Positions 1-12,400 of a stretch of 44,419 nucleotides of DNA are shown here, one piece after another. The notes under the pieces are model-generated. The model saw nothing but the letters and a program-made list of their open reading frames with translations, searched no databases and was not told the DNA's origin. A program made the position numbers and the translations under genes. Numbering within the stretch: position 1 is the stretch's first letter; each line of letters opens with the position of its first letter. Source of the stretch: Catajapyx aquilonaris (lineage: Eukaryota); NCBI GenBank assembly GCA_000934665.2, contig JYFJ02003256.1:1-44419 (forward strand), written 5' to 3'.

Positions 1-2
1 TT

Positions 3-285
3 AAGGAGACTGTTAAAGATAAGGTGTGTAGGTCTACTCTAAGGTGGTTTGGCCATGTGGAGAGGATGAAGGAGGAGGAGATTGTGAAGAAGGTTTAGCG
101 GAGTAGTTGGTAAGAGGGGCAATGGTAGGCCTAGGAAGACATGGTTGGACCAGGTGGGTCAGTGTCTTAAGGGTGTTGCTAGTGTTAAGCCGAGACGTTC
201 TTGTGTCAATAGGACCATGGACGTGGCTGAGGCTAGGGTTGTTTGTTTGGATAGGTGTAAATGGCGCAGGTTAATTAATGGGTAA
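3..285 (+). pseudogene. Disrupted C-terminal part of the RTE reverse-transcriptase ORF
   Basis: In-frame TAG at 96-98, frameshift near 100-109, natural stop TAA at 283-285. Confidence 0.85.
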
Positions 286-449
286 ATAGGTAAATATGTC
301 TGAGGATAAGGTGATGTCTGAGGTGGGCAGGGGTGGGGGGTGGGACAGGTTGTTTTTAGGTTCTTTCTCATGAGTTTTATTAGTTCATATGTTGGGTTAG
401 CTTGCATCTCCCTTCATCGCTGACTACCCCTCATAGGGAAATGTCGTGA

Positions 450-476
450 TGTTGTTGTTGTTGTTGCTGTTGTTGT
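450..476 (+). repeat. (TGT)9 tail of the RTE element, one unit variant
   Basis: tgt x5, tgc, tgt x3, directly after the 3'UTR stem-loop; AT-rich unique sequence follows. Confidence 0.9.
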
Positions 477-3400
477 ATAAAGCATTCATTATGCATTAAA
501 TTTAATTTTTTTAATCTGACGGGGTGTATGGCTACTGGCTGTAGCTTTTCAGTCCATGTGAAAACGCTGGCCAGTTTATAAAGGTAGGTCAGCTATAGTT
601 TGTGAGCATGTTATTTACATGCAGCAGAAAAGATATTAAAGTAAGATACTTAATAATGAACAAAAATTGCACAAAATTAGCAGGACAGTATTGATATTAC
701 ACACCGGAAATAGGACAAAATATACTTCAGCAATGCCATTCAAAGACACATCGACACGGATTTCTCAGCAAATTATAACGGGTGTAGTTATATCAGCAGC
801 GAAAAAAATATAATCGTAGCACTTCTATGCACAGCTAACATAATCGGCTTTCGAAACGACGGTAATCTGACTCAATGCTATTTCCAGGTTGCTCTCGGTT
901 TTATTCCTAAATCCTACAGGTGTCGCGTGGAATCCGAATTGGCCGCCTTTCCCTCTTTTCCTCCCAAAAAGACTTCTTTGTGATGCTCTCGGGGAACTGA
1001 CGACCCTACTGGAATTTCAAATGCACCGGGAAAGAAAGAACAGAAAAAAAATAATCTGAAGAAGGAGGTATAAAAGACTGCCTTGTTCTGCAGAGAACCT
1101 AATAGGCACGGCTGTACGAATCGAGCGCAACAGTTTCCAATCACAGCCTGACATATCACCTCGTCTCCATTCAGTCAGGTCACGCCTGTCTTTCCAGGTC
1201 ATCATCTACGTATACAAATTGCTTCAAGGTCAACAATTTTCTTCCTGAGTTGTTTATTACTTTCTTTGAAACCTGTCTGATTGAAATAATTTATCGGCAT
1301 GAAACAACAATTATTTTTTAAAAAGATTAATCACATTGCAGAGCTAATGTCAGTAACTAATATTTTTCATAACCTATACAAAGTAACGGTTCCATGTTCA
1401 CAAAGCCTCTTTGGGCTAAAAATAGCTGCGTGTAATATCAGAGAAATATTTCGCGGAATAATTACAGTATCCTGGCGATTTATGATTCATGCTGGATAAT
1501 TATTACCATGCATGGCTACTTACAGGTAATTCAAAATCGAGCCTCTTTGTTACTTCAATATTGATATATAGATCCTGTGTTTTCGAAACTGAACTGGTTC
1601 TCCTCTCGATTGGAAATTAGGTCGAAAAATCTCCCGGTCCAGTGCTTTTTTGCTCCCCCCCCCCTTCCCCCACTCCACCCATTTTTTGATATCCCTCCTT
1701 TGTGAACAGATTTTGCAGTACCATTCCTAGCTAATTGCCTCCTGACAGCTAGAGAGCAATTTCCAACCAGAACTGTGGCCGTTTCCGGGCGATGTCTATT
1801 GAACTGACTAACAGAGAAAGAGAACCATCGGGAACCAAAGGGAGACCGGTGGGGAAGGTTATATATAGTAGGAGACAGAGAGCACAGGAATTTCCATCAG
1901 ATTGCCTCTGAATGCATCTCATTAATTAATTAACATGGCCCGCAATTCTGAATGCCCCCCCTTTTTGGACATTGTCAGGAGGGAGTGCACATACAATATG
2001 AACAGGCGTATCCTCCCTCCCCTCTCATATTGTAAATTGAGACAAAGTACAGCGACATCAGGGTCCATGTGGGCTGTCCTCATTGATTAATGTGTCCCCC
2101 TAGGTTGGCTTGCTGCACATGCATCCTGGTTTTGTCTTCGGTGACAGTGTTATCTGATGGCGCAACCCGGAGCTCCCTCCAGTGATGAATTGAGGCGCTT
2201 GACATCAACAACGCCCGGAAGCATCAGTCATCTTGCAAGACCGCTCGGACCAAAAGGACAACACTATACGAATTCAGAGACAAAAAGAAGGGTGGCCATT
2301 ATTGAATTGCCAAGTGGACACGACTGCTTTTATATCAATTGGGTGCGGATTCGATAAGAAAGTGATTTTTGTCCGTGCCTTATTGCACTAAATATTGATG
2401 AGGAGTCTTCAATTCCATTTTAATTCTCCTTTATTTTTGGAGTAAATAGAAATCTCCTGTATGCCTTCACAATTTGTACACGAGTACACCGTGTAGTGCA
2501 GTATTAATCAACATAATGTTTTTTTTATGGCGGTTATGTACCCCTTTGCTAAAAGCTGTTGCATCGTGGCTTAATTCGCATGGTGCGTAACATGTAGTGT
2601 GGGATCCGATTACTCCACAGGTTCTGATATCAGTGTGAAAAGTGACACCATTACAGTTGTGGTGCTCCAGGCTTCCAACACTTTCAAATTACCTGACAAA
2701 AGAGCAGGCTTTAAAAAGAGCTCTTACGTCATTGTTGGTTTCGTGTAACTACTTCTCTTATATGCATACAGTGTGCTATTATTATATGCTCACATTTACC
2801 CCCCTCCCCGACTAATAATGCTGACAATTGCAGCAATGTGTGCAAATTTGCGTGTTATAATGACAAACATAGTGTCAAATATTCCCATGCATAACAATTG
2901 CCCAAATTTTGCTTGCTAATTATCAGCTGATTACAGAACTAAATTGCCAGATTATTTGTTTAATTAATATTATATGGTCGCTGTTTTCTTTTTTTTTAAA
3001 CCGCTAAAACTTTGCACCATTCCCTTCAAGTTTACTAATTCAATTAATGTGGCGCTAGCCGTACACTAACTCGTAGACTTTTCCCAGGGCCAAGCCCTCC
3101 CTAGAAAATGACAGAGCAATCTAAACTTTAGTGTGGGTGCACACCACCTGCTCTCTTGGTTTTCCACCCCCTACCCACCCACCATCCCCAAAGAGGAAAT
3201 TTCCCCAGGACTATTTGGATGCCCGACAACGAGTATAAACAACATCCTCCCCACACAAAAGAAATGAAAAAAAAGAGAGAACAATCTCATCCCAGCCATT
3301 ATGCTAATTGTGGGACGGGGGAGCATGGGGAGTAAAAGAGGGGGTGGGTGGGGAGGGATATTACGCGTCAATTCCTGCCGAGAAAAGCCATTTTGGGCTC

Positions 3401-5270
3401 CTTGGTGAAGCCAGCCCCACCTGCGTCCATCCACTATTCAGAGTCTCCTGGCTTCCATTCTCGCCAAACTACAAAACCGTGCCATTGGGCTAGACTTTAA
3501 CCTTTTTTTTGTGTGGGTGTGTGGACGAACGGAGGGAGAGAAACAGATATAAAAAGAGCGAGGCGGATTGAATGAAAAGTAGGAGATGATGGAAAGAAAG
3601 GTAAATGAGAGACGTTTCTGTGCACCTGGATCAAGGCAACAATGGTCTGGAGGATTGTTCTGAGGCAACAAATGCAACTGAATCCTGTTTTTCAAGATAA
3701 GGCAGGTAATTTAATCACATCAAACATTTCTTGTTGACATAACCATCATGTAACACTGAATCCCAGCGCCCATCATTTTAATAACCACATAAAACCGATG
3801 ATGTAATAAACCAACATCTTGCTTCATTCACCACAGGCATGGTAAACTTCAGCACGTTAAGATTTCCCCCTGGCAGCATTTTTAAAGAATAGCCACAGGA
3901 ACCCCTCTAAATTATTAATAAAAGTGGAGAAAATGAGTAGTTAAAATTTCATCTTGACCAAATGAGGCCGTTGCAGGGGCGGCCCTTTTCGGCTTTTCTT
4001 GGCCCCATTTAGCGAACACAAGCCCTCCCCCTAATAGGCCGCATGGTTTGGCCTTTATGTGACCTCCCATGTACCTGGACCATTGATCTCAACTCCTGGA
4101 GTTCTTGGCCGCATTCTTGTTTCCCCTTAGCGGCAGCATAATAAGAATGAAATTCTGGAGGTTAATATTTCAGAGCACTGCTTTTGAAATACCACAGACA
4201 AAATATGCCACTAGATTCCAAAACGAGTAGAATTTCACAATGTTGTGTAGGCCTAAGAGCAAGCAGATCTTGTTTAAATTTTAAGCACGTTTGGAAACCT
4301 CACTTGGGTTTAAATAAATAAAAAGTGCACACATTAAAAATTTATTATGAATAAAAAGTTGTTTCTTTACACAATCATTAATATACATCAACTGGAAAGA
4401 CACGCTCTGATGTAATGGATTAGAATTTGTAGCACTGACTGCAGCTTTCAGGTCGTTTTTAACATAAGACACATTTTATGGAATGAAATATTTTTCATCG
4501 TGAGGCAGTGCAAAATTACTTTCACAATGAAAACCACGAAAACCACATCACCCTTATATGCACGATGCGAAATCGACCCTGAAACAACCGCGCGTATCCC
4601 TTTACAGACAAAATTAATTATCTACTCATAGTTATTATTAGAGAAAATCGGCTTCAAAGTCGGTAACTTGCTCTTGGCTATACGCAAGCACTACGGCTGG
4701 TTATGAAAGGTTCTGCAGAAGCAACAAAGCCACACTACATATCCAACGCAGCCAAACCACACTTCGCATTTTGAACCAAAACTTTCCTAGTAATATTTTT
4801 ATAATGCAAGTAGTATAATAAAAACTTTTAAAAAAACATGCCTTCATAATACAAGAAAGAAATTTGCACATTGTAAATGGCAGCTCTTACTGTATATGCT
4901 ACGTATCAACACAATATGCAAGGCAACAGTTGTTGTCACAACCAAAATAATGATGATAAATTTTTTTAACAGAGAATGTGTTGGTCTGCCCATTTTGTTT
5001 CAGTAATCCCTTCAAATTACAACCAGAATGCTCAAACAAATTTTAGTAGCCGTGAAAGTTTTGCGTATCCCCCTGCACATGCCACGTGCGTCACTTGTCA
5101 TTTCCACTTCCACGGGCTCATAACTATGCTACGCCCCCTCACACATTAAATTTGACAAAGGTTAAATGGGCCAGCAGCAATCCCGTTTTTGACATCACGC
5201 GAAGTGTAAGGTCACGAGTCAACGGCTTGGTCTTCAAAGGGAAAGGACACATCCAAATGAGGGCTGAGCT

Positions 5271-5554
5271 GAGAGAGCGGGCCGTTGCCAGACGAAAAGG
5301 GGAAAAAAAGAGAGCAGGGTTGTCAGGAGGCAGGGAGCATGGCGACAAACCTTTCCGCCATTTTCGCCAACGCATTATCCTTAGCGGTGTGTTTTACCAT
5401 CTCGGGTTTGGATCCGACTTGGAAACGACAGGCTGCGATGAATAATTCAGACAGAGTCCCTCGAGCTTGCTTCTATAGTTGCCCCGATCCGCCAGGGCTA
5501 ACACGGCCTGCCAACCCTCTTAGGAGTCCGCCTTCAATTTCGCCAATGGCCGCC
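5271..5554. promoter_or_regulatory. Cluster of PHO/YY1-type (GCCAT) and GAGAG motifs; possible Polycomb-response or promoter-like element
   Basis: GAGAGAG 5271-5277, GAGAG 5310-5314, CATGGCG 5338-5344, CCGCCATTTT 5355-5364, AATGGCCGCC 5545-5554 in a locally GC-richer patch. Motif match only. Confidence 0.25.
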
Positions 5555-6269
5555 GTCTCGGATCATTCGCGCCCAAACCTGTCCTCATACACTTCTAACT
5601 AACTTCAAGGCGCAATAGAGAATAGGCAATGCGATCGTAAAATTTTTAAAACCAGGCTACTCCATCCTGAAGCCCCGGGTGCGAAAATGTAACTACGGGC
5701 CCGCACTTGTCCCTGGAACCGCTCAGGTTCGATTAGGTTGACTCTAGGTCTAAACCCTCATGGGAATTCATTCAAGTTGTTTAACTCACAGCCGGCTCTC
5801 GGTGCTCTACCCAGCAGTTGGGGGAAAGTTTGATGAAAAAAGGGCAGTGATGAATAGGACAAAGTTTGATTCACCCAGCTCTCTACTCGTCTAATATATT
5901 AAACTGTCCCATTATTGAATTAATTTCGCAAAAATTATTTATCGACAGTGGCCTTCTTCAAGCATACACATTGCGTTATTTTCGCGGTTCCTAAGGCTTC
6001 CGAGCGCGTTTGGGTAATTTACCATCATCCTTACAGCCAACTACTACATGGAATTTAGATTAGCCTGGAATGCGTTCTGGGGCCAGCCAAGCCCCTTAGC
6101 TCTTGATACTGGTCTAGTTAAGGCTCAAACGCAATTTTTCAATGCGCACTGTTTGTCGTGTTTGTCTGTGGCCAGTGTCCCATTGAATTCCGTGCTGCTT
6201 GCAGCGGAGTGTCCGAAACAAATGGAAAGGGTCTCATTGGAACGACAGCATCGGTGTGCATAAACTCAC

Positions 6270-6422
6270 CATTTTGCAGGGCAACACTAGATCTCCTTCC
6301 ATATCCTTTTCCATTAGCATTTTTCCCCATTCTGGGTTTACAGCGTGCCATGTATAACAAATCCAATTCCCACAAGCCGCCAACGCCAATAAAGGTGAAT
6401 GGAAAGTGACAGTCGCCCGAAG
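6270..6422 (-). CDS. Candidate internal coding exon (153 nt, phase 1-1)
   Basis: Acceptor tctctatttttaatctAG|, donor ATG|GTGAGT. Open frame (A)SGDCHFPFTFIGVGGLWELDLLYMARCKPRMGKNANGKGYGRRSSVALQN is phase-compatible with the exon at 41368-41510. No recognised homology overall. Confidence 0.2.
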
Positions 6423-9400
6423 CTAGATTAAAAATAGAGATGGAATGAAGGTGATATAGGGCAGGACCCCCCATGGCAGGCGCCCTATCTGCGTTTTTTA
6501 CGCCTCCGAAAGTAAACGTAATAATTTCAAACTTGGCGAAATCTGTTCTGTATAAATATAAGCAGCAAAGGGAATCAATGCAAGCGACTATAACATTCGG
6601 CCGTAATTTTTCAGCAAAGTGTTTCTGAGAATAAAACCAGCTATTTCAGTCGGTTGTGGATCATTATTTCGAGTTCGTAGGCGGTGGTACCAATGAAGGA
6701 CAAAAATTGCAGACGCGTTATTAGTTAATATCAGGGCAATAAGACTCTTATTGCTGCAGTGTCATTTCCAGTCTTTCTTCTGTAAACAGCATTTTATCTA
6801 AGCACAATCCTCGAGACATATTCCCATTAAATTAGGCCCCTTATATATAACCATCCCGCAGAGTAGCCCACCCCAAATTGAACCAACTCAACCCTTCCTT
6901 GATTGAATTCCCCAGACTGAGACGAGTTTCCGGGTCATTATCAGTCCTAATCCCGGATCTCCGCGCGTGACTTGGCCTTAAAATGGCCCTCCCATCACCT
7001 CATCTCCACACAAAAAAAATCAAAGAAAATGTATTATATAAGAAAAAAAAATCGTAGGATAAGGTGGTGGGCGGGTTGAATTTTTTTTTTGTCGAATAGT
7101 CGATCCGAGATTTCCCCAAAGACAAGCGGCGCGGTTGATTCCAGGGCCTGGGCTTCCTGATCTCATTATCACCCCTCACTGCCTCATACATAACTAACGC
7201 GCCCGCATGCTCCGTTGCATTCCACGCCTTGACAACCTTCGAAATTAGTTTCCTCCTGCTCTTCCGGCTTTTCATCGGGGTTACATGTAGAAAAGACCGC
7301 CCTTCGCTTTCTAGAAGAAGCAACCAATTGAAAGCTACAACTCAAAGAACAAAGGCCATGGTTTTTTATACCCCTAGGAATCCACTGGAATCCGGACTGA
7401 AAACCCTTTGAGTGAACCCGCTTTGTTTCATGGTGTTGTGGCTTTTGCTGTTGGAACATTGTTGGGCCAAAAAAATGGTTGCGAAAATGATTTTTTGTGT
7501 GCAAAAATATGTGTTCAATTAATGCCAACAGATCGGACAGCTCGTGCCTATCAATAAATGCGTTCAAAAAAAAAGGTTGGGCGTAAACAAGTTGTGCGAG
7601 TGAGTGCATGTTTATTCATTTGGCCACGCATAATTAGACCCCCTGCAGATTTTAGCGACATCAAAATGTCAATAGGTTAGAAAACCTTTCAAATAAAATT
7701 TGTGTGCCTGCCAGAAAAGGGCTGTCATATTTGGAAGCAGCAATGACAAATAAGCGTCATTCTAGTTTTGTAAATATTTACATCATTTCTGGCTGGCCTG
7801 TAGAGGCTATAAATATTTCCACTCAAAGCCTATCGTTAATTTAAGCTGACTCGCCCCCAATCGCCACAAATCTGCGTCCGAATCTTTGATTTCCACACGA
7901 ATTAAGGCTTCATTCAACTTTAAGGAAACGCCCGGAGAAAACAGGAAACCATACGTTTTTTTCTCTCTCTTTCTCCACAACATCAAACTCTAAAAGTCAC
8001 TGGAAACTATTCCCTTTTCCTCGCCCAGAGCTGTTCACGTATTGAAATAAACATGTGCCCGGGTTTGCGGAGGGTTGGATAATTCAGGCTAACACCGAAT
8101 TTGTTATTCCTCTGCTACATTTCAACCCTGTCGAAGATTCAGTAATTAGGATGGGGGCGGTACTTTCACCCCCCTCTAAATCGGACTTTGAGAAGAGAGA
8201 AAACATGTGTTTTAGTAATCTGCTGGTGAAACAGCTAAGCACGAGAGAGAGAAAATTTTAGCAAACGTTTGCGCTGGAAATTCCAGAATTTTATGTCGCA
8301 CATAAGTAGCAAAATGAATAAGAGAAGCTTTCAGTTTAAAATATCTCTAATCGAGTACTACTCATATTATTTTAAGAGTGGCTTTCTAGTAGAAGATACT
8401 GTTCAAATGAATCACTGAATCATGCTGCATCAGCTAATGCTTCAGGTATTTTTCACGCGATGCACTTGATGGCTCCGTCCGCGGTTACCAACCATTTTTT
8501 TGTTTTGTTTTAAGCCTCAGCAACATCAAGGATTTTCAATTCGTTGCAACCGTTCGTGCATTTGGTAGTTACGCATTCAGTGTTTCCAGTGTGCACCAAA
8601 CGGCGAAGTGTTCGTGGGAAACATGCAAATGAAGTGGCTGCCATGGGTCCTTTCCACCTCAGTTCTAGACACAAAGGAGACTACAGCTGCATCGGTAAAG
8701 AATTTTTTCTCTCTCTACTTTCCCTACCCTCTGCACGCAACAACATTAATCACGCTTTCCACTTATCGCTCGAAAAAATGCTTCAACACTCTACTTGATG
8801 AAATCACGTCAAAACCGACGCCCTAACGAATAGGGAATCCGGGGGAAGGGCAGGTCGAACATGCATGAGGATTTTTATCCGATAAAAAAAAATGTAATTT
8901 GCATTAGTCAGTTTTCCCGATCCTTACGTTGTTGCAGGTGCATTTTTTTTGCAAAATCCTCTACCACATGTGGCTCTTGTATTACAATAAAATCGGACCG
9001 CTGCTACACTTGTATGAGACCCAAAATCCGCAATTTCATATCGCACAGAAACCCCCTCGGGAGCCAGAGAAAAAAAAAGTAGCACCTGAAATCTCTGCAT
9101 GGCACAAAAAATGGCAAAACCAGAGCCTAAATATGAAACGATAGAAATGGCAGGTAGAAAACATGCTGTTTTTTTGTAGCAGGAAAGATGAATAGGAAGA
9201 GAGCTTGAAATGACTGAAGATGGTCCTGAGGGCGCCCAGCAGAGTAAACCAAATTTGTCCAAATCTTTTTTTCCCCCCTCCTTTCCACTTCGCATCTCAG
9301 GTTTGTCTGGGAATGTCGAGTCTTCCAGAGTTTGAAGCCGAAAAAGACTTGGGTCGAACGAGGAGTTTGGATGATCCAAGGGAGGGGGAAACACTGAAGA

Positions 9401-12400
9401 AGTAACGTTTGTCCAGGACAGTTGCCAAGTCGGAGATTTTACAATATTGGCATGTCAATTTCAATCATGTCATAATGTTTAAATAACAATCAGTAATTTT
9501 CCATTGTAATTGACAAACTAATATGGACCAAAATTGGAATATTCCACGTACAGACAAAGCCGGGTTTGCACCAAATGTTGGTTACTAGTTAATTCAATTG
9601 GGCGAAAAGGCTGTACAGAGCACATCGCTATATTTTCCAGAATTCATTGACATGTACGCAAAATATCACTCCGATTTGCATAAACTCTCGGAGGATCAGC
9701 CCTCCAGTTTTTCCTAATTCACACTGCGTTGTGGGCAGACTGTACAACCAACATGTACTGTATCTTTGTGGTATAAATGCAACTAATCTTTACAAAATAT
9801 GCATTGTTGCCCTTGATAATTAAATCACGTCTATTCGCCTTGTCCTGTGCCGCAACGGTTGACAGATCGGCCTGCTTTGATCCAAAATCCGCCAAAAAAT
9901 GGGGGGGGGGCGGTGTAATAGTGAGTGTGCTCAGTTCATATGTTCTCCGAGCAACAAAATTCGAGCCACGGTTTGTCCCCCACCGATCCGCCGGACTGGA
10001 ACTCGGAAAGCATGTTGACTAGCTGTCGTTTGCATGCAACCGACGAGGATGCGGCGGCAGATGTCGCACCCCCCCCCCTCCCCCTCCCACTACCCAAAAA
10101 GTGACCGGGGTTGGCCTCCATCTGCAATCCAGCAGTTTTCAAACATTTCGGCCCACCATACCGCGGGGTTCGGAGAATCAAAATAATATTACCACCGCAT
10201 ATAAAACAGAAACTGGGGGGAAAAAAGAGAGAGACCGGACCAATGACAAATTTGTACGAGTCAGGCAATTTGCCAAAAAAGAAAAAGCTGCGTGCATTTA
10301 AATCAAGCCACGCCCCTTCTGATGAACTGTCAACCGAGCTTGTATTATTAAGTATGAGCCTTGAAAGTTGGGAAACAAACGCAGCGAACTAATCCGGTCT
10401 GACTTGGGTCTGCATCCATTTAGTGAAATTGATCTGGTTCCAATCAATCAACGTTGTTGTGTGCAACTCAGTCCCACCGCGAATGAGACCGCACTTCCAC
10501 TCTGACGCTAAATAATACATGCTTATCGTTCCCTACAGGCTGTAATTGGAGCCCAGGATTGGCGAATAATTGCCTCGTAATTTCGCAAAGGTTCTTCCCC
10601 CCATTTCGCCAAGCTCAGGTTTGCGTACCGGTTTTATGCAAGTTGGTGTGCTGCCAAGACCACAGTTTAAAGACAGGAACACCATGTTACGAATTGTTTG
10701 CCATATCAATCAGTTTGAAAAGCAGCAATCGGTTAGACGCTACAATTTAGCTATTCGTTTTACAGCTGTTTTAATATAACTAATATCCCAGTGAGCCTGA
10801 ATTGTTTTTCGTTAATTTGTATGATTTTTTTGATATACCGTTACATAATTACAAAAAATCTAACAACTGTACATATCCTATAATAACATATATTGGTCAA
10901 TATCAAAGCATTGATATTTAAAAAAATATTGATATTTAGGTGGAACACAAACAGAATATTTGCTGAGGATACCATTTTTTCAGGCCTGGTGACATTTTTT
11001 AAAAATGTCATTTTTCATCCCCTGTTTTCATATCGGCTTATTGCAATAGCACACGGTTTTACAAAAAAAGACACTGGATGCGGACAACTCTTGTTTAAAT
11101 TTTTCATTCAATGGTGTTCAATGGCAATTTTTGCTCCTGGTTTTGACAGTTTCGCCGTTTGCCTTGTCAGGTTTTTGAAGCAGTTCATTTCGTTGGCGGT
11201 TTAGGTTCGAGGGGGGAAAAAAGTCCGCCCAGTTTTTTGGCCTGCCTCGCCACTAGTCACTATATATACTGTTGGAACTAATGAGAGCAACCGTGTTTCA
11301 TGCTCGAACCTAACCTTCGTTTAGGGACTCGGGCTCTCTGCCCCAATCTGTCCGATACACCTTTCCGGCAACAAGAGACGGCGGAATTAACCAGCAGAAA
11401 CGATGAGAAACGAGAGCAAGGTTAGAGCCACCGACCTATATTGGCTTTGACATCACCTTTACCATAAATATCCGTGCTCACTGCTGCGGTGTTATTGTAC
11501 GGCCTGCCGCCGGTTTTCCCATAGTCCTGTTACGTCCCAATTTACTATCGCCTGAGGGGAAATGCGGTGGGGGGCAAAAAGGGGGGGGGGGAGAGTTGGC
11601 TTCCAGAAGAGCAGACCTGACAGTATCGATCATGGGTTTTCCTACCGGAGATGACCACCGGTGCAGTAGTTGCGCCAAATTGGTCCGCGAAATTGGACCA
11701 ACAATGGTGTGAAGTCAGATGATCATTTTATGTAGAAGTGACATTATAAGCCGACGGAACACCCTGTAGACTCCCGAATCTCAGTTTCTTACATCGAATG
11801 GCCTCGTGCTCCAAGCCCATTAGCGTTATATAGGAATTCGCCACATTTTCGCACTTTGTTGTTCAACCAGTGCGTCCCTAGAGATTCTCTGCATTCCTTC
11901 CAGGCTCCACCTCCGAGGAAAGAAGAAAAAAATAGATTTAACTGCTCGCAAACATGCTACATGCGAGCTTAACACGTCAACTAATATGATTTTGTGCTGC
12001 AAACGAAGCAGTTTCCAACCAACGTGGAGAGCCCAGCAGACCCGGGAGTTTACGGGACCTACTTCCCCATTCCATCTAAAGGCTCCAGGTCTGCATCCTC
12101 AAGTCCGCCGAGATACCTCCCAAAAGACTTACATTCCATCTATACACCCGCACTTCTTCTCACAGATTTTCCAAGGGAGGTGGTCCCTGTTCGGCCATTT
12201 CTGAGAGTGGTCCTGCTGCTGACATCTCACTCCTTTACAACAAAAGGCAGCACGTCCTTCTATTACACGCTTCACGAGGCAAGACTCTCTCGTAAACAGG
12301 GTTCAATATAACTGACGGTTTATGCAATAATGTGTCAACCCCCAAAAAACGTTAAAATGTATAGTTAAGTCCATAATAATACCCAAAGGATCGTACTTCA

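Larger units (their letters stand above)
1..476 (+). mobile_element. 3' end of a decayed RTE-clade non-LTR retrotransposon (LINE), cut by the window edge
   Basis: Manual translation gives KETVKDKVCRSTLRWFGHVERMKEEEIVKKV* (frame from nt 3). After a frameshift it continues GKRGNGRPRKTWLDQV...VVCLDRCKWRRLING* (109-285). LRWFGHVxRM, GRPRKTW and DRxxWR are characteristic C-terminal motifs of RTE-clade ORFs. A short 3'UTR and a simple-repeat tail follow, as is typical of RTE 3' ends. Confidence 0.9.

Noticed and set aside
4280..4292. 13-nt TTTAAGCACGTTT shared with the region near 24698
   Set aside because: Matches of this length are expected by chance in 44 kb of AT-rich DNA, and the flanks do not align.
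11761..11781. ACCCTGTAGACTCCCGAATCT resembles mature miR-10 (ACCCTGTAGATCCGAATTTGT)
   Set aside because: It needs two insertions, and no complementary star arm or hairpin follows. It is better explained as a CACCCTG|TA transposon-type end or chance.
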